This document shows positions 12,041 to 25,180 of a stretch of DNA of 64,000 bases, in pieces (positions within the stretch are counted from its first letter, which is position 1; each line of letters opens with the position of its first letter). The DNA comes from Octopus vulgaris (Eukaryota): the NCBI GenBank assembly GCA_951406725.2, contig OX597816.1, forward strand, positions 83,514,001 through 83,578,000, written 5' to 3'. A program made the translations under genes and the position numbers. The notes beneath the pieces were generated by a model. The model searched no databases and was not told where the DNA came from. It saw only the letters and a program-made list of their open reading frames with translations.

Positions 12041-13500
12041 TAAATGCTGCTATGTTAGTAGTTAGTCGTGTTATTTATGATTAATATATACGGCAACAGT
12101 TTCTTGCAATTAAAAATATACTCAGCGTTCTGTTCTGATTTACTACTTGCTCCATGAATAACCTTTCAAGACATCTACTTTAGATTCCGTTTGGTAAATT
12201 CAACGTCTGTTTCTTTCGAGTAGACTTGAAAGTTCAGTCATTGTCCCATGTCTAAACTTTCAAACAAATCTTCGAAATGTTGGCAAAACAATCTCTGCAC
12301 CTTTGATTCTCACAATCATTAGATGTTCTTGCTGGAGTGAAAAGAACCGTCATCACCATTCCTTAGAGGAAAGCTTCATTTACTTCATGCCTTGCATAAC
12401 ACATATTAACACCGAAAAATGTTCTATAATGGTCGAATGACAAATGTTCAAGGCCATAATTTTCATATCGACAATGATGCATTTTCAGAACTCGCCTGCT
12501 ACAGCTGCTGATTCACTATTTTACTCCCATCGTTAAAAGGAGAAATAAAATTTGGTGACGTCCATGTTTTTCTTGTATTAATGGATAGGCGAAATAGCTA
12601 CAAACTAGAATCGAAACCAGGCCATGGCCTCAGTGTGTCGGATTGTTGCACCAGTCCACGCTTTTGCTCGTTTTCCTCTTACGTATATGATAGACTTAAT
12701 ATAAATTGGTGTTAGATGAAATAACAACAATTTGAAAATAAGGATATTGCGAGGAACAGAATCTGAAGAAAAGATGATAAGAGAAAATAGAGGTAAATAG
12801 TTAATAAGATAGAATTAAGTAAAGATGAGAAAGAAATGCAAGGGTTAACTGCGAGAAATAAGGTGCGTAATATTGGAGTGGATATAATGGTCGGTGCAGG
12901 CTGTGGACGAGAAGAGAAATGGTGTTATAGAAATAAGGAGATGCGATATAAGTCAATAGAAAGAAATGCAAGCTTGTCGTGACAAATTTATCTGACAAGA
13001 GAGATAGGAAAACAATAATAATAAAGAAAAGAAAAAGAAAAAAAGAAGGAAGCAAATTTTGGTAAAGCTTGCTCTAGCTAAATTTGTAATATCTATGTTC
13101 ATGTTGTTGTTGTAATCGATGATGACGATGGTGATGATGATGCTAGTGGCGGTGGTGGTGATGAAGGTGATTACAATGATCATAGTGGTTAGTGTTGGTG
13201 GTGTTTTGGAGTAGAAAGTTGCCGCCCGTTGGGAGATCAAGTAATATTATAATAATGAACTAATTGCAGAAGCTTCATATTGAATCAGCTGCCGGTCGCA
13301 TAGTCTACTGAACGAAAATTGTAATCACATTGTTATGTCCAAGGTGAGAAATTGGTCAGCTTAGATCAAAGAATGGCCTTATAGGAAGCAATGGTCGTAA
13401 TGTAATAACGTGCCACTTATAGAGCAATCCATTTTCACACGCCACTGGTATAGATTTACTATTCTTACCAGAATTCATACCCGATTGATCAAACTTCTCA

Positions 13501-13602
<102 letters not shown>

Positions 13603-13890
13603 ATCTATCTAACTATCTATCTATCTCACATATATTCATATATATATATATGTATGTATGTATGTATGTGACTATATTCTTAACGTATATAAATATATAA
13701 TCCAATATAAACAGTAGCACATATGTCTTTTACACACACACACGTACACACGCATAGATATGCGTGTATATATATTTATATTATTTATATAACACAATAT
13801 AACGTAGTTGGTTTATTAAAGAGGAAAAGAGGAGGAAAATATTCAATTCATATATATGGGTGTGTGTGTATAAATATTTATATGAATATA

Positions 13891-13932
<42 letters not shown>

Positions 13933-14627
13933 AAATCTCTATATATGTTTTATGGCATGTAGCACCTTACATCTAGTTATTCGAATTTCAGGTTCTCGAT
14001 CAAATGGCTGGATACTAAGATATGAGGTGTCACCTATCATAAACTGTAAAGGACGCTCTCTCCTTGGGATTGAGTACTGCTTGGAAGTTTTTGGTTGTAC
14101 CAAAGTAAATATATATATTAGTGGTGCCGAATAGTAATATCTTATTTTCAAACAAATAGTTTGACATCATGCGACAAATAATTTAGAAGCCAATAAAAGG
14201 TGTCTCTGCAACCAACCAGTCAACATAGAGTTAATGACTTAACGTTGTTGAGAGTACGCATTGCACGGCTATGTGCTCTCTGTGATAGACCGTGGAAGAC
14301 AAGGACTTAAGTGAGTAATGGGAAATACCAATGGGAGTTTCAAAAATAGACAAACGGTGGCTCGATCTAATGGATAGTTATTGATCAGGAACTCAAACAG
14401 GTCCCAATAATGACTCAATAACACAACAATTGAATAGAATCCACGTCAAAGTATTGGCCACTTGAGTTGGAGGGTTAATATATCTTGGTTCACTGTGCAA
14501 GGTTACATCGAGCAAATTAGAAAATGTATAGAGAAGGGAAGTGGATACTTCAAGAGTTCTCCCTCAAGAATTTGTAACAATTGTGATTATATTTGGTCTA
14601 CAAATGATTGGGGATTGAGCTTGTCTA

Positions 14628-14704
<77 letters not shown>

Positions 14705-14706
14705 GA

Positions 14707-14866
14707 AGCAGGGGTGGATGTGTGGTAAGTATCTTGCTCACGCAACCACATGGGTCCAGGTTCAGTCCCACTGCGTGGCACCTAGAGGAAGTGTATTCTA
14801 CTATAGCTGGGGCTGACCAAAGCCTTGTGAGTAGATTTGGTAGACGGTAACTGAAAGAAGCCTGTC

Positions 14867-14922
<56 letters not shown>

Positions 14923-15100
14923 GTGTGCGTATGTGTATGCGTTTGCGTGCCTGTGTTTGTCTCCCCACCATCACTTGACAACCAATGCTTTGTGTTTACG
15001 TCCCCGTAACCTAGCGGTTCGGTAAAAGACCCCGATACAATAAGTACTAGACCTCAGTCAAATGACTGAAACAAGTAAAGGACTAAAAGAATAAAAGAAT
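14707..15100 (+). mobile_element. SINE group A
   Basis: Same head, body and tail as 10557-10960. Confidence 0.85.
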
Positions 15101-15714
15101 ATATTTACCTGTGTGTGTCTACGTAATTGTACGTTTGTGTATAATATATACACACATACATGTTTGTATGTGTATGAGTGTGTATGTATGTATTATGTAT
15201 GTATGCATATATGTCGGTCTGTCTGTCTGTATGCATGTATGTGGGTATGCGCATGTGTATGTATGTATGTATGTATGTATGTATGTATGTTTGTATGTAT
15301 GTATGTATGACGTATAGTCATTCTTCGGTAGCTCTGTTTTCTCTAAATAACCCAAGATTTAGGGATACAAAATTATGCTCAATATTTTTTCAATGTAAGA
15401 TTTTCCCCGTCTGTTCCGTATTCAACTTGCTTCACTTCATTTGATCTCACTCCATCTCACTTAAATCCACCCCTCATCATATTTCAACTTTAAGGAGAGG
15501 AAGGACAACCATCCAATGAATTTTGTACTGAGTTGCTTTTCATCCCCATTCAAAAACCAATGCACGAAGAATATGGAAATACAATAGAAATATTTATGAA
15601 ATACTTTACTGTATTCAGTCCATTTCAAATACTCCGAGGAAGTCAAGCAAATGACTGTCATAACAGCTTCTGTCCCCAACCTCTATGTTTAAAAACAAAT
15701 AATAACATATAAAA

Positions 15715-16282
15715 AGGTCTGAAATTTTGGGAGAGGGGGTCAGTCAATTAGATCGACCCCAGTACGCAACTGGTACTTAATTTATCGACCCCGAAAGGAT
15801 GAAAGGCAAAGTCGACCCCGGCGGAATTTTAACTCAGAACATAAAGACAGACGGAATACCTAAGTCTTTACTACCCACGAGGGGCTAAACACAGAAGGGA
15901 CAAACAAGGACAGACAAACGGATTAAGTCGATTATATCGACCCCAGTGCGTAACTGGTACTTATTTAATCGACCCGAAAGGATGAAAGGCAAAATCGACC
16001 TTGGCGGAATTTGAACTCAGAACGTAACGGCAGACGAAATACCGTTAAACATTTCGCCCGGCGTGCTAACGTTTCTTATTTCTTTATTGCCCACAAGGGG
16101 CTAAACATAGAGGGGACAAACAAGGACAGACAAAGGGATTAAGTCGATTACTTCGAGCCCAGTGCGTAACTGGTACTTTATTTATCGACCTCGGCGAAAT
16201 TTGATCTCAGAATGTAACGGCAAACGAAATACCACTAAGCATTTCGCCCGGCGCGCTAACGTTTCTGCCAGCTCGCCGCCTT
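15715..16282 (-). mobile_element. SINE group B, trimeric array
   Basis: Three tandem units with gagttcaaattccgccgaggtcgactttgcctttcatcctttcggggtcgat...aagtaccag (resembles the Meta/MESC SINE central domain). Confidence 0.88.
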
Positions 16283-16629
16283 ATAAAATGTAAAATATTA
16301 TAGAACAACTTTGTAAGCCTATCATATTGTTGTTGTCTTGTTACATTGTTGTTGTTTAGATCCAAGTTAGAACCGATTTATGATCACAATTTCTTTCACC
16401 TTTGACTATCCCATCTTTTATTTTTCCTGATATAGTGTCTCTAGTATCGCACTATCCAATGTGACCGTCTTTTGTTTGCGATAGTATAGAATGGTTTCGA
16501 GGAAATTTAGCTGGAATTCCTTGTAGCTTGAGCAACAACTCTTATGCATTTTTGATACAACAGTGCGTGACTGAATCGTTAGAGTTGTAGGCAAAATATT
16601 TTGTGATGTTTGAGTTACTTCACTGTAAG

Positions 16630-16850
16630 TTCTAGGTTCAAATCCTGCCCAGGCAGCGAATTGGCAGAGTTAGAGTATTTGAACAGAATACATCTTGGTA
16701 TTTAATCTTACTGTCTCTGCTCTGAGTTCAAATTCCACCGAGGTCTACATTGCCTTTCAACCTTTCGGGGTTGATAAATTAAGTACCAGATGCATACTGA
16801 GATCGACTGGCTCTTCCCCCAACATTTCGAGCCTTGTGCTTAGAGTAACA
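16630..16850 (+). mobile_element. Diverged SINE group B
   Basis: tctgagttcaaattccaccgaggtctacattgcctttcaacctttcggggttgataaattaagtaccag. Confidence 0.75.
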
Positions 16851-18759
16851 AAAAAAAAAAAAAGACAATCTTCTTATATAAAACCATATATTTAAAACCA
16901 CTCACTGTTTTTAAAATAAAAGAATAATCGATGAGAAAAAAATCCATGGAAACAGTTTAAAGTAGTGGTTGGATGAATTGTTTGAGAGTCAGGCAGAGTA
17001 CTGAGTTGTAATAGCGTACGTAGTTGATAAAACTAGCAGGATTCGATTTACTAGAGACGAAATTATCAAAACTATTCTTAATGGCAGTGTCATAGCAAAA
17101 CTACAAACTAATGACTACAAAGGAAAATAAATTAAATTAAATGTCTAAAATTTAATGAAATTTAATAAGTTTGACGGTCGAAGTTATGATGGTAGTAACT
17201 TTGTGAAAGAGAAAATGTATGGTGTTTATCATATATCCCGGCTTATCCAAGATAACACCACACCTGTAGCACATCACGCCCAGCTATTCTAAAGCAAATC
17301 ATAAAATATATCGTAAGATTATTGGATGGCAGAATCAGTAGAGCAACCGAGAAAATGTCATATGCTCTTTGGACCCGACATATGTGAGCTTAAATATTTC
17401 CTGGGTCGATTAAATCTGACGACGTACATCATTCCGAGGTCGATAGAAATAACACATGTTAAGTAGTCAAATCTTGGGTTGATAAAATCAAATACCCTCT
17501 TTGAAGGCGATGCTCCAGTATGGTCGTAGCCTAATGTCTAATGTAACAGAATGAAAAGAATAACCGAGTCAATAACATTCTGTACTTTACTTCATTTCAC
17601 TTCATTCAAAACAAGTCTTAACATCGAAAAAGACAAAATAGGCGTCACCAACAAAACCTCACCCTTACCCTCAAATACCCACTTTCTTTTCTCCCGTTGT
17701 CCTACTAATTTAAAAGCAAATAATAAAATACAATAACGTAGTAAAGTATAAGATAATAACAGAAATGGTAGGCATCTTGTCTATGTAGGGAAAGCATTAT
17801 TATTTCAAAGTGTAGACATTGTAGAGATAATTACAGTATAAATATTGGTGTTGCATTTCACATAGAGAATCTTTTATTACCCCAGGAGCTAAATTTCCAG
17901 TGACTAATCTCAATTATTATAAATAGTTAAGCTACTTGTCTTCAAGCAGCAGCATCAACTTACAAAAATAAAAATGGTCACTTCGAAATGTGTAATTGGT
18001 TTGAAAGCGAATTGGTTGAGTGGTGGTGGAGGTGATAGCGATGGTGATGGTGATGGTGATGGTGATGGTGGTAGTTATGATGGTCGTGGTGTTGATAGCG
18101 GTGGTTATGATGGCTATGGTGATAGTTGTTGTTGTTGTGACGCCGGGGAAGGGGCTAGGGCGTAGATGTGGTGGTGGTGGAGGGGTGGGGGAGTAGACGG
18201 CAATCAGGAATTCCCATCAGCCAATCAAATAAAATAGAAAAAGAAAGATAAACACGAACAAAAAGGATTGGGAAAAATGAAGGCGAAGGAGAAAGAAAGG
18301 TAGGAAAGACGGAAGCCAAAGAAAACACGAAAGAAGGAAAAAGAAAGGAACGAAGGAAAGAAGGGAAAAATTACAGAAAGAAAGAAGACACAGAATATTC
18401 TGAAATTCAAGAAATTTAAGTGTTTTCCAATAGTTTCATGACCTGCAAATAATAATGTTGAAGTGATTTCGGGTAAGAATGGTAAGTACATGACGTTTAA
18501 ATTTACCATTACTTCGGTTGCTTACTGAACTCTTTCGTCTTATTATATAAACAGCAAGAAGGTTGCTCTTCTTTCCTCATGGGATGGGGGGAGTCTACTT
18601 ACGTATGCATATATGTATGTATGTATGTATGCATGTATGTATGAATGTATGTACGTATGTATGTAGGTACGTCTCTCTCTCCCTATATATATATATATAT
18701 ACATACATATATATATATATACATATACACATATATATATATGTGCATGTGTGTATGAT

Positions 18760-18807
<48 letters not shown>

Positions 18808-18864
18808 TTATATGAATTTATATATATATATGTGTGTGTGTATACATGTATATATATATGTATA

Positions 18865-18919
<55 letters not shown>

Positions 18920-18929
18920 AAAAGCGATC

Positions 18930-19138
18930 AGAGGTACTTGCCGAGCCATAGACGCATAAGGCCAGTTTCCGGGGTCTTTGACGTATATATTCCCCTTCCG
19001 TTGACTGCTGAATGGACTGGAGTAACGCGAAATGAAGTGCCTTGCTCAAGAACTCAATGCATTGCTCATTTCAGGAATCGAAATCACAATCGTATGATCA
19101 TGAATGCAACACCCTAACCAATTAGCCACTCGTCTCCT
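18930..19138 (-). mobile_element. Diverged CORE-type SINE
   Basis: ggactggagtaacgcgaaatgaagtgccttgctcaagaac...caccctaacca. Confidence 0.7.
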
Positions 19139-19174
19139 CCTATATATATATATATAGATACATAAATATATATG

Positions 19175-19210
<36 letters not shown>

Positions 19211-19219
19211 ATATAAATA

Positions 19220-19281
<62 letters not shown>

Positions 19282-19319
19282 GCATATATACATATGTATA
19301 TGTATATACTTACATCTAT

Positions 19320-20233
19320 ACGTCTTCCCTCTTTCTCCCTCCCTCCTTCCCTCTTCCCCTTCCCTCTGCTCCCTCACTCCCTCTCTCCCCTTCTCTCTCT
19401 CCCTCTCCCTCTTTCCTCCTTCCTCCCCCTCCTCCCCTTCCTTCTCCCCCTCCTCTCCTCTTCCCCCTCTCCTCCCCTTCTTCTTCCCCTCCCCTTCTCT
19501 CCCCCTCTTCTCCTCCTCTCCCTCTTCTCCTCACTACACCACACGACTTTACACATCACATCATATATGATGTGCCATACTAATACATACACCAACTAAT
19601 ACATACTAATACGTACTAATACATACTAATACATACTAATACATACACCAACCCTATACATACACACGTCCAGACCCCTCATACGCACTTATACTCTCTC
19701 ATACACACACACACACACTTATACATACTAATACGTACTAATACATACTAATACATACTAATACATACACCAACCCCATACATACGCACGTCCAGACCAA
19801 TCCTACGCACTAATACTCTCTCATACACGCACACACACACACACACACCCTTATACATACTAATACATACACCAACCCTATACATACACACGTCCAGACC
19901 CCTCCTACGCACTATTAGCTGGTCCTTCTACCCTATTATCAACCCTATTATCAACCCTATTATCTCCCCTTATTTCGCTCTCGCGTCTCATGTTTGATCT
20001 TTGACCTCTCGCCGAAATCAGATCGCCATGTTGATTCGTTAGCTACTGCACGCATTTTTTTTCTCTCCTTCTTTCTGTGTTTTTTTTCTCTCTGTGTATC
20101 TTTCTGTTGAAGAGCGTAGGCTCGAAACGTTAAAGACTTGTTTTATTAATATTTCCTGAGCGCCATACTAATACAATTGTTCGTTTGTTTTCCACCTGCC
20201 TTCGTCTTTTGTCTATTTTCATAAAGCTTCCCG

Positions 20234-20236
<3 letters not shown>
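19320..20236 (+). mobile_element. Family M1 copy with CT-rich 5' part and internal tandem subrepeats
   Basis: Homologous to 9537-10078. About three copies of 'atactaatacatacaccaaccc.atacatac.cacgtccagacc' in 19590-19920. Ends in (TA)n. Confidence 0.7.
20099..20136 (+). ncRNA. Minimal type I hammerhead-like motif with CUGUUGA core variant
   Basis: UCUUU-CUGUUGA-a-GAGC guag GCUC-GAAACGUU-AAAGA. Palindromic AACGUU in place of stem III, as in Penelope minimal HHRs. Confidence 0.6.
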
Positions 20237-20322
<86 letters not shown>

Positions 20323-20324
20323 AT

Positions 20325-20447
20325 ATGCCCTCTATACAATATAAATGAATATTTTCAAGTGAAAAAAATTATTTTCGGATTTTTTCTCTTATGAGGTTTT
20401 TCACGCTAACTACCTGATAATTTCTTGTTAAGATTCCTTATTAAGAT
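20325..20447 (+). repeat. Inverted partial copy of the adjacent HHR element
   Basis: Roughly 85% identical (by eye) to the reverse complement of 20843-20963. Confidence 0.75.
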
Positions 20448-20483
20448 TTTATCCTTAATTGTTAAATTATATATATATATATA

Positions 20484-20988
20484 TAATTTATATATAGAGG
20501 GCATTATTATACATACATGCCACACGCTAAGAGGGACAAAATTAGTCATTTCTACCAAAAATTTTACTAATCCCACCGAATGCAATTTTTCAAAGTAAGA
20601 CATTTAAAAATATGGACTTGTATCACCTGTGATTTCATACCTCTGTATTCATCAGCAAGTCTGGACGCATCATAAATAAACGAACCCAACTCGTCTAAGC
20701 CGAGCAACTATCTGATCAACTTCAACGAAGCACATGGGTGGGTTTACATATATTACATCCGGTAAATGGCAGACTTTTACGAATTGCATTTCGGGAAAGG
20801 AAAAGTTTTTTCGGAATAAAAATTTAGCAATTATGGACAACTTCTTAATAAGGAAAACTTAACAAGAAATTATCGGGTAGATAGCGTGAAAAACCTCATA
20901 AAAGAAAAAATTTCGAAAATAATTCTTTCTTATTGAACATATTAATTTATATATAGAGGGCATTATTATACATACATGCCACACGCTA
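20484..20988 (-). mobile_element. Non-coding HHR-bearing element (Penelope pLTR/retrozyme-like), 459-nt unit with 46-nt direct terminal repeats
   Basis: taatttatatatagagggcattattatacatacatgccacacgcta is identical at 20484-20529 and 20943-20988. (TA)n on both sides. Contains the HHR at 20615-20661. Confidence 0.7.
20615..20661 (-). ncRNA. Canonical type I hammerhead ribozyme
   Basis: Minus strand GACUUG-CUGAUGA-AUAC agag GUAU-GAA-AUCA cagg UGAU-A-CAAGUC. Intact core, 6-bp stem I, 4-bp stems II and III, AUA cleavage triplet (predicted cut between 20621 and 20620). Confidence 0.85.
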
Positions 20989-21032
20989 TATATATATATA
21001 GATATAGATATGTATGTATGTATATATATATA

Positions 21033-21340
21033 TGCATAGGTGGACACAGGACGTCACGAAACGTGTACAACAAAATAATACGAAGTACGAGAATATGGAA
21101 TATGAACTATTTTTTCGAACAACGAAAGACACAAATGGAAAACAAGACGAACAATATAAAGAATGACCCTTCATCAGTTGTAGTCTGTTTTTTTTTTTGC
21201 TCTCGTATTTCGATCATTTAACAACAATATATGCTTTCAATAAAACAGTTGCTCTCGTTAAGCAAATTAAATAAAATTTGGGATTTTGTGGAGGGTCAAA
21301 CAGAACAGTGAAAGCAAACAGGGAGGGCTGCTAAGCTTCA
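21033..21340 (-). mobile_element. Family P2 copy
   Basis: Reverse-complement homolog of 6870-7208, abutting (TA)n. Confidence 0.65.
21162..21233 (-). ncRNA. Non-circularly permuted hammerhead-like ribozyme (family P2)
   Basis: Minus: CAUAU-A-UUGU-uguua-AAUGAUC-GAA-AUACG-(linker)-ACAA-CUGAUGA-ag-GGUCAUU. 7-bp stem II possible, one mismatch in stem III. Confidence 0.55.
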
Positions 21341-22216
21341 AGATTTCAGGATCCAAATTTCAGTGTTTAGTTTGCAATGAAGAGAATTTGGGTGTTGTAC
21401 AGACTGAGGTTGTCCGACTGGTCAATATCCTGCTTGCTCCAGATCGATGGTAAGCCAGTATCCAGTTTGCTACAGATCGGTGGTAAGCGCGTATATAAAT
21501 AATATTATACTTATGACAGTCTAATAAAATCCTTATCGTTTATCAGTACACACTGGTATGTTGGATATACGTAATAAGTCCATACAAAAGTGCACGTTAC
21601 AAAGTATATATATATTATATATATATATATATATATAAATGTCATATGAAATTTGTGTCGAACGAATAAAAAGATGTACGCAATACATGTTGAAGAGTTG
21701 ATAACTTAATGAATCTGAATGTTTATATCCGGAATTCAGTTTCACGCTAGCACGATCTTCAGGCGAGTACTGTTACAACTTGGTTCTGGTGTTATAATTA
21801 TAGTGGTTGAAATGTGTGTTTCTTCACCGGTTTTCTCTTTACGTTTGCTAAGAGATATTTTTCTCTCTCTTGTAGTACTTTTTGTTGTGTAGTCTTTATT
21901 TTTATAACTCCACCTCAGTTTCACATTCATCCCATACCAGTGTAAAATACTTTGAGAATCTACATAGAAGGGATGATCAAAAAAATTTGCTTGTAATACT
22001 ATTATTTAAAAAAAAATCAATAACAAATAAAAACCATTGTACTAAATCCTTTGATTAATTATGCATGAAATTCGTCATATAGTTAAATCTAACAAGAACA
22101 TTTTCATCCATCTAAGTCCTCAAAAATGACTAAATGAAGGAACGTTCAAGCTATATTCATTATGGTCGAACGTGCATTGAATAAGATTTGTATATTGTGA
22201 CATAAGTATATACAAA

Positions 22217-22268
<52 letters not shown>

Positions 22269-22289
22269 AACATACACATGCATACATGT

Positions 22290-22446
22290 AGGCGCAGTTG
22301 TGGTTGCGTGATAAGAAGCTTGTCCCGCTACCATATGTTTCCGGGTTCAGTCCCACTGCATGGTACCTTGAGCAAGTGTCTTCTGGTATAGCCTCGTGCC
22401 TTGTGAGTGGCTTTGGTAGACGGAAACTGTAAGAAACCCATCGTAC

Positions 22447-22513
<67 letters not shown>

Positions 22514-22878
22514 TGAGTGTGTGTGTGTGTGCGCCCGGTCATGTGTGCATTCTGACTGTTGTGTGTGTGTGTGTTTGTGTGTGTCTGTGCCTGCGTTTAC
22601 GTCCCCGTAACTTAGCGGTAGAACAAGTACTGGACTTTAAAAATATGTCCCGGAGAAGATTCGTTCAACTAAAACCCTTCAAAGTGATGCCCTAGCATAG
22701 CTGCATTCAAATTAACTGAAACAAATAAGAAAAAAAGAGAGAAAATATATAAATATATAGAGTAGCTGTGTGGTAAGTAGTTTGCTTACCAACCACATGA
22801 TTATGCGTTCAGTCCCACTTCGTGGCTGACTAGAGCCTTGTCAGTGGATTTGGTAGACGGAAACTGAAAGAAGCTCGT

Positions 22879-22927
<49 letters not shown>

Positions 22928-23200
22928 GTGCGTGCGCGCGCGCGCGTGTGTGCGTGTGTGTGTGTATGTGTATGTGTGTGTGCATATGCTTGTGTGTCTG
23001 TATTTGCCCCTACCGTCGATTGATAACCAATGTTGGTGTGTTTATGTTCCCGTAATTTAGCGTTTCGGCAAAAAACAAAAACCGATAGAATATGAACTGG
23101 TTTACAAACAGTATGTCCTGGGGCCGATTTGATCCAACTAAAGGCGGTGCTCCAGCATAGCTCCAGTCAAAATGACTGAAACAAATAAAAGAATAAAATA
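22290..23200 (+). mobile_element. Two consecutive group A SINEs (about 22290-22730 and 22760-23200)
   Basis: Each has the head, 'tggtagacggaaactg', an internal microsatellite and an 'actgaaacaa' tail. Confidence 0.85.
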
Positions 23201-23465
23201 ATATATATGGAAGATACTGGAAGGACTGGTACCAAACTTTGGAATAAAGAGCTATACCAGACCATGAACAGGACGTCACTGTGCTGTCCCTACTGTGCCG
23301 ACTGCTTCATCTCGGGCAAGGACGATGTACTGCAATAGCTTGGATTTCAAGGGCCCACAGCTGTTTAACTGTCTGCCGAAGCATCTGAGGAGCTTCCATG
23401 GAGTGGATTTAGATGTTTTCAAACGTGAACTTGACCTCTGGCTCACCGGGATCCCGGATGAGCCA
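23200..23465 (+). mobile_element. CR1/L2-superfamily LINE ORF2 C-terminal fragment
   Basis: YIWKILEGLVPNFGI...NSLDFKGPQLFNCLPKHLRSFHGVDLDVFKRELDLWLTGIPDEP, homologous to 8750-9010. Confidence 0.8.
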
Positions 23466-23599
23466 ATATATTCCTATAAATACAGTGAACAATTAAACAA
23501 ATAAGAGGTATCCTTCATAAGATTCTTTTCAGGCTATGAAGGCTACCTCTTATGTGTTTAAATGTACACTGTATATATATATATATATATTTAATTTTT

Positions 23600-23908
23600 T
23601 ATTTATGCGCCCTTCTCAAGCCTAGCCAGGCTCATGGGCCCGGTTTCCACGTTTCTATGGCGTATGTGTTCCCCCCCAGCTGAACGGGACGTCACTCCAT
23701 CGCAGCGTTACTCAAGAAACAGGAAGAAAGAGTGAGAGAAAGTTGGAGCGAAAGAGTACAACAGGGGTTGCCACCACCCCGTACCGGAGCCTCGTGGAGC
23801 TTTTAGGTGTTTTCACTCAATAAACACACGCAACGCCCGGTCTGGGAATCAAAACAGCGATCCTCCGACCGCGAGTCCGCTGCCCTAAACACTGGGCCAT
23901 TCCGCCTA
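23600..23908 (-). mobile_element. tRNA-derived SINE (group C3) sharing its 3' tail with C1
   Basis: Minus: ggcggaatggcccagtgtttagggcagcggactcgcgg head, distinct body, tail gagtaacgctgcgatgg...gggcccatgagcctggctaggctt. Confidence 0.8.
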
Positions 23909-24185
23909 CACACAGACACACACACGGCTGGTTTTGAACTCAAACATAAAGATCGATAACACAATATGGCAAAACATTTTTTCCTAGACGATGTGACAAT
24001 TCTTTTAATCCATCGCGCTTATATTCATCGTAATAGGAATATGTAAATTCCCTACTTGTGGAAACAACCATATCTACAAACGTTGCCTCTCCCTAAAATG
24101 TGGCATAAATATTGGGTTAGTACGTCATAACGCATGGAGTATGTTTGAATCTTAGTTCTTTCTGCATTATGATGGTTCATTCTAA

Positions 24186-24331
24186 TCTTCTTCTTCTTCT
24201 TCTTCTTCTTCTTCTTCTTCTTCTTCTTCTTCTTCTTCTTCTTCTTCTTCTTCTTCTTCTTCTTCTTCTTCTTCTTCTTCTTCTTCTTCTTTCCTCTTCT
24301 TCTTCTTCTTCTTCTTCTGCTGCTGCTGCTG

Positions 24332-24410
<79 letters not shown>
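24186..24410 (+). repeat. Compound (CTT)n(GCT)n(ACT)n array
   Basis: Direct reading. Confidence 0.97.
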
Positions 24411-24791
24411 AATCACAACAACTATTATTACAAGTTCTTTCTGTTCTTACATCATCACAACTACCACAAAGTTCCCGACGACGATCACCAATACCTCCAT
24501 TACCATACCAACATCCTCCTCCTCCTCCTCATCATCATCATCATTTTCATCATGCCGAGCAACAGTAATTACAAATTTGCTGTTTTCTTTGGGTTGTTCT
24601 TTTGGTATTTGTTTCTCTTTATTTGTGTTGGGTGCGAAAAATCCTTTCAAAGGTCATCCTCTTTCTGATATCCTTATAGACATATTTATATTCATTAGAG
24701 AGTAATGTTTTTTTCGTTTCTCTCAATTTTCTTTTCTTTTCTAGATTTACTTTCATGTAGATTTTGGGATATTGAGTATTTGTGAGAGATC

Positions 24792-24838
<47 letters not shown>

Positions 24839-25139
24839 TGCATGTATGTATATATATATAGCGAGGGAATGTCGCTTGATTTACATACATTGCTTGATTT
24901 ATATACATTGCAAGCAGAGGTTACTGCCATCTCTAGCGGACAAGGTGTGCAATTTTAAGGACAGGGTTAAAAAAAAAGAAAGAAGCTTGGTCTGCTGGTC
25001 CCTTCGCTAGAAGGTGGTAGAGGTTTGCTCCCCTGCTCGCAATATATCGGATGCAGGTTGCAGGGTTGCATCGTTAACCAGCTACAGAAAATATCCTCTT
25101 GGGGTTAACGTCCGTTCGAACAGAACAGCCATGTAAAAT

Positions 25140-25180
<41 letters not shown>

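Noticed and set aside
12060-12660. Possible transposase relic (also complex-looking 7400-7900 and 14160-14600)
   Set aside because: No recognisable motif by eye. Needs BLASTX or RepeatMasker.
20325-20963. MITE with TIRs of about 125 bp
   Set aside because: The right arm lies inside a unit defined by 46-nt direct repeats and a hammerhead, and a TA array separates the left arm. An inverted partial copy explains it better.
24924-24940. CTCF site (ccgctagagatggcag on minus)
   Set aside because: Two extra bases break the motif spacing, and it lies in a repeat.
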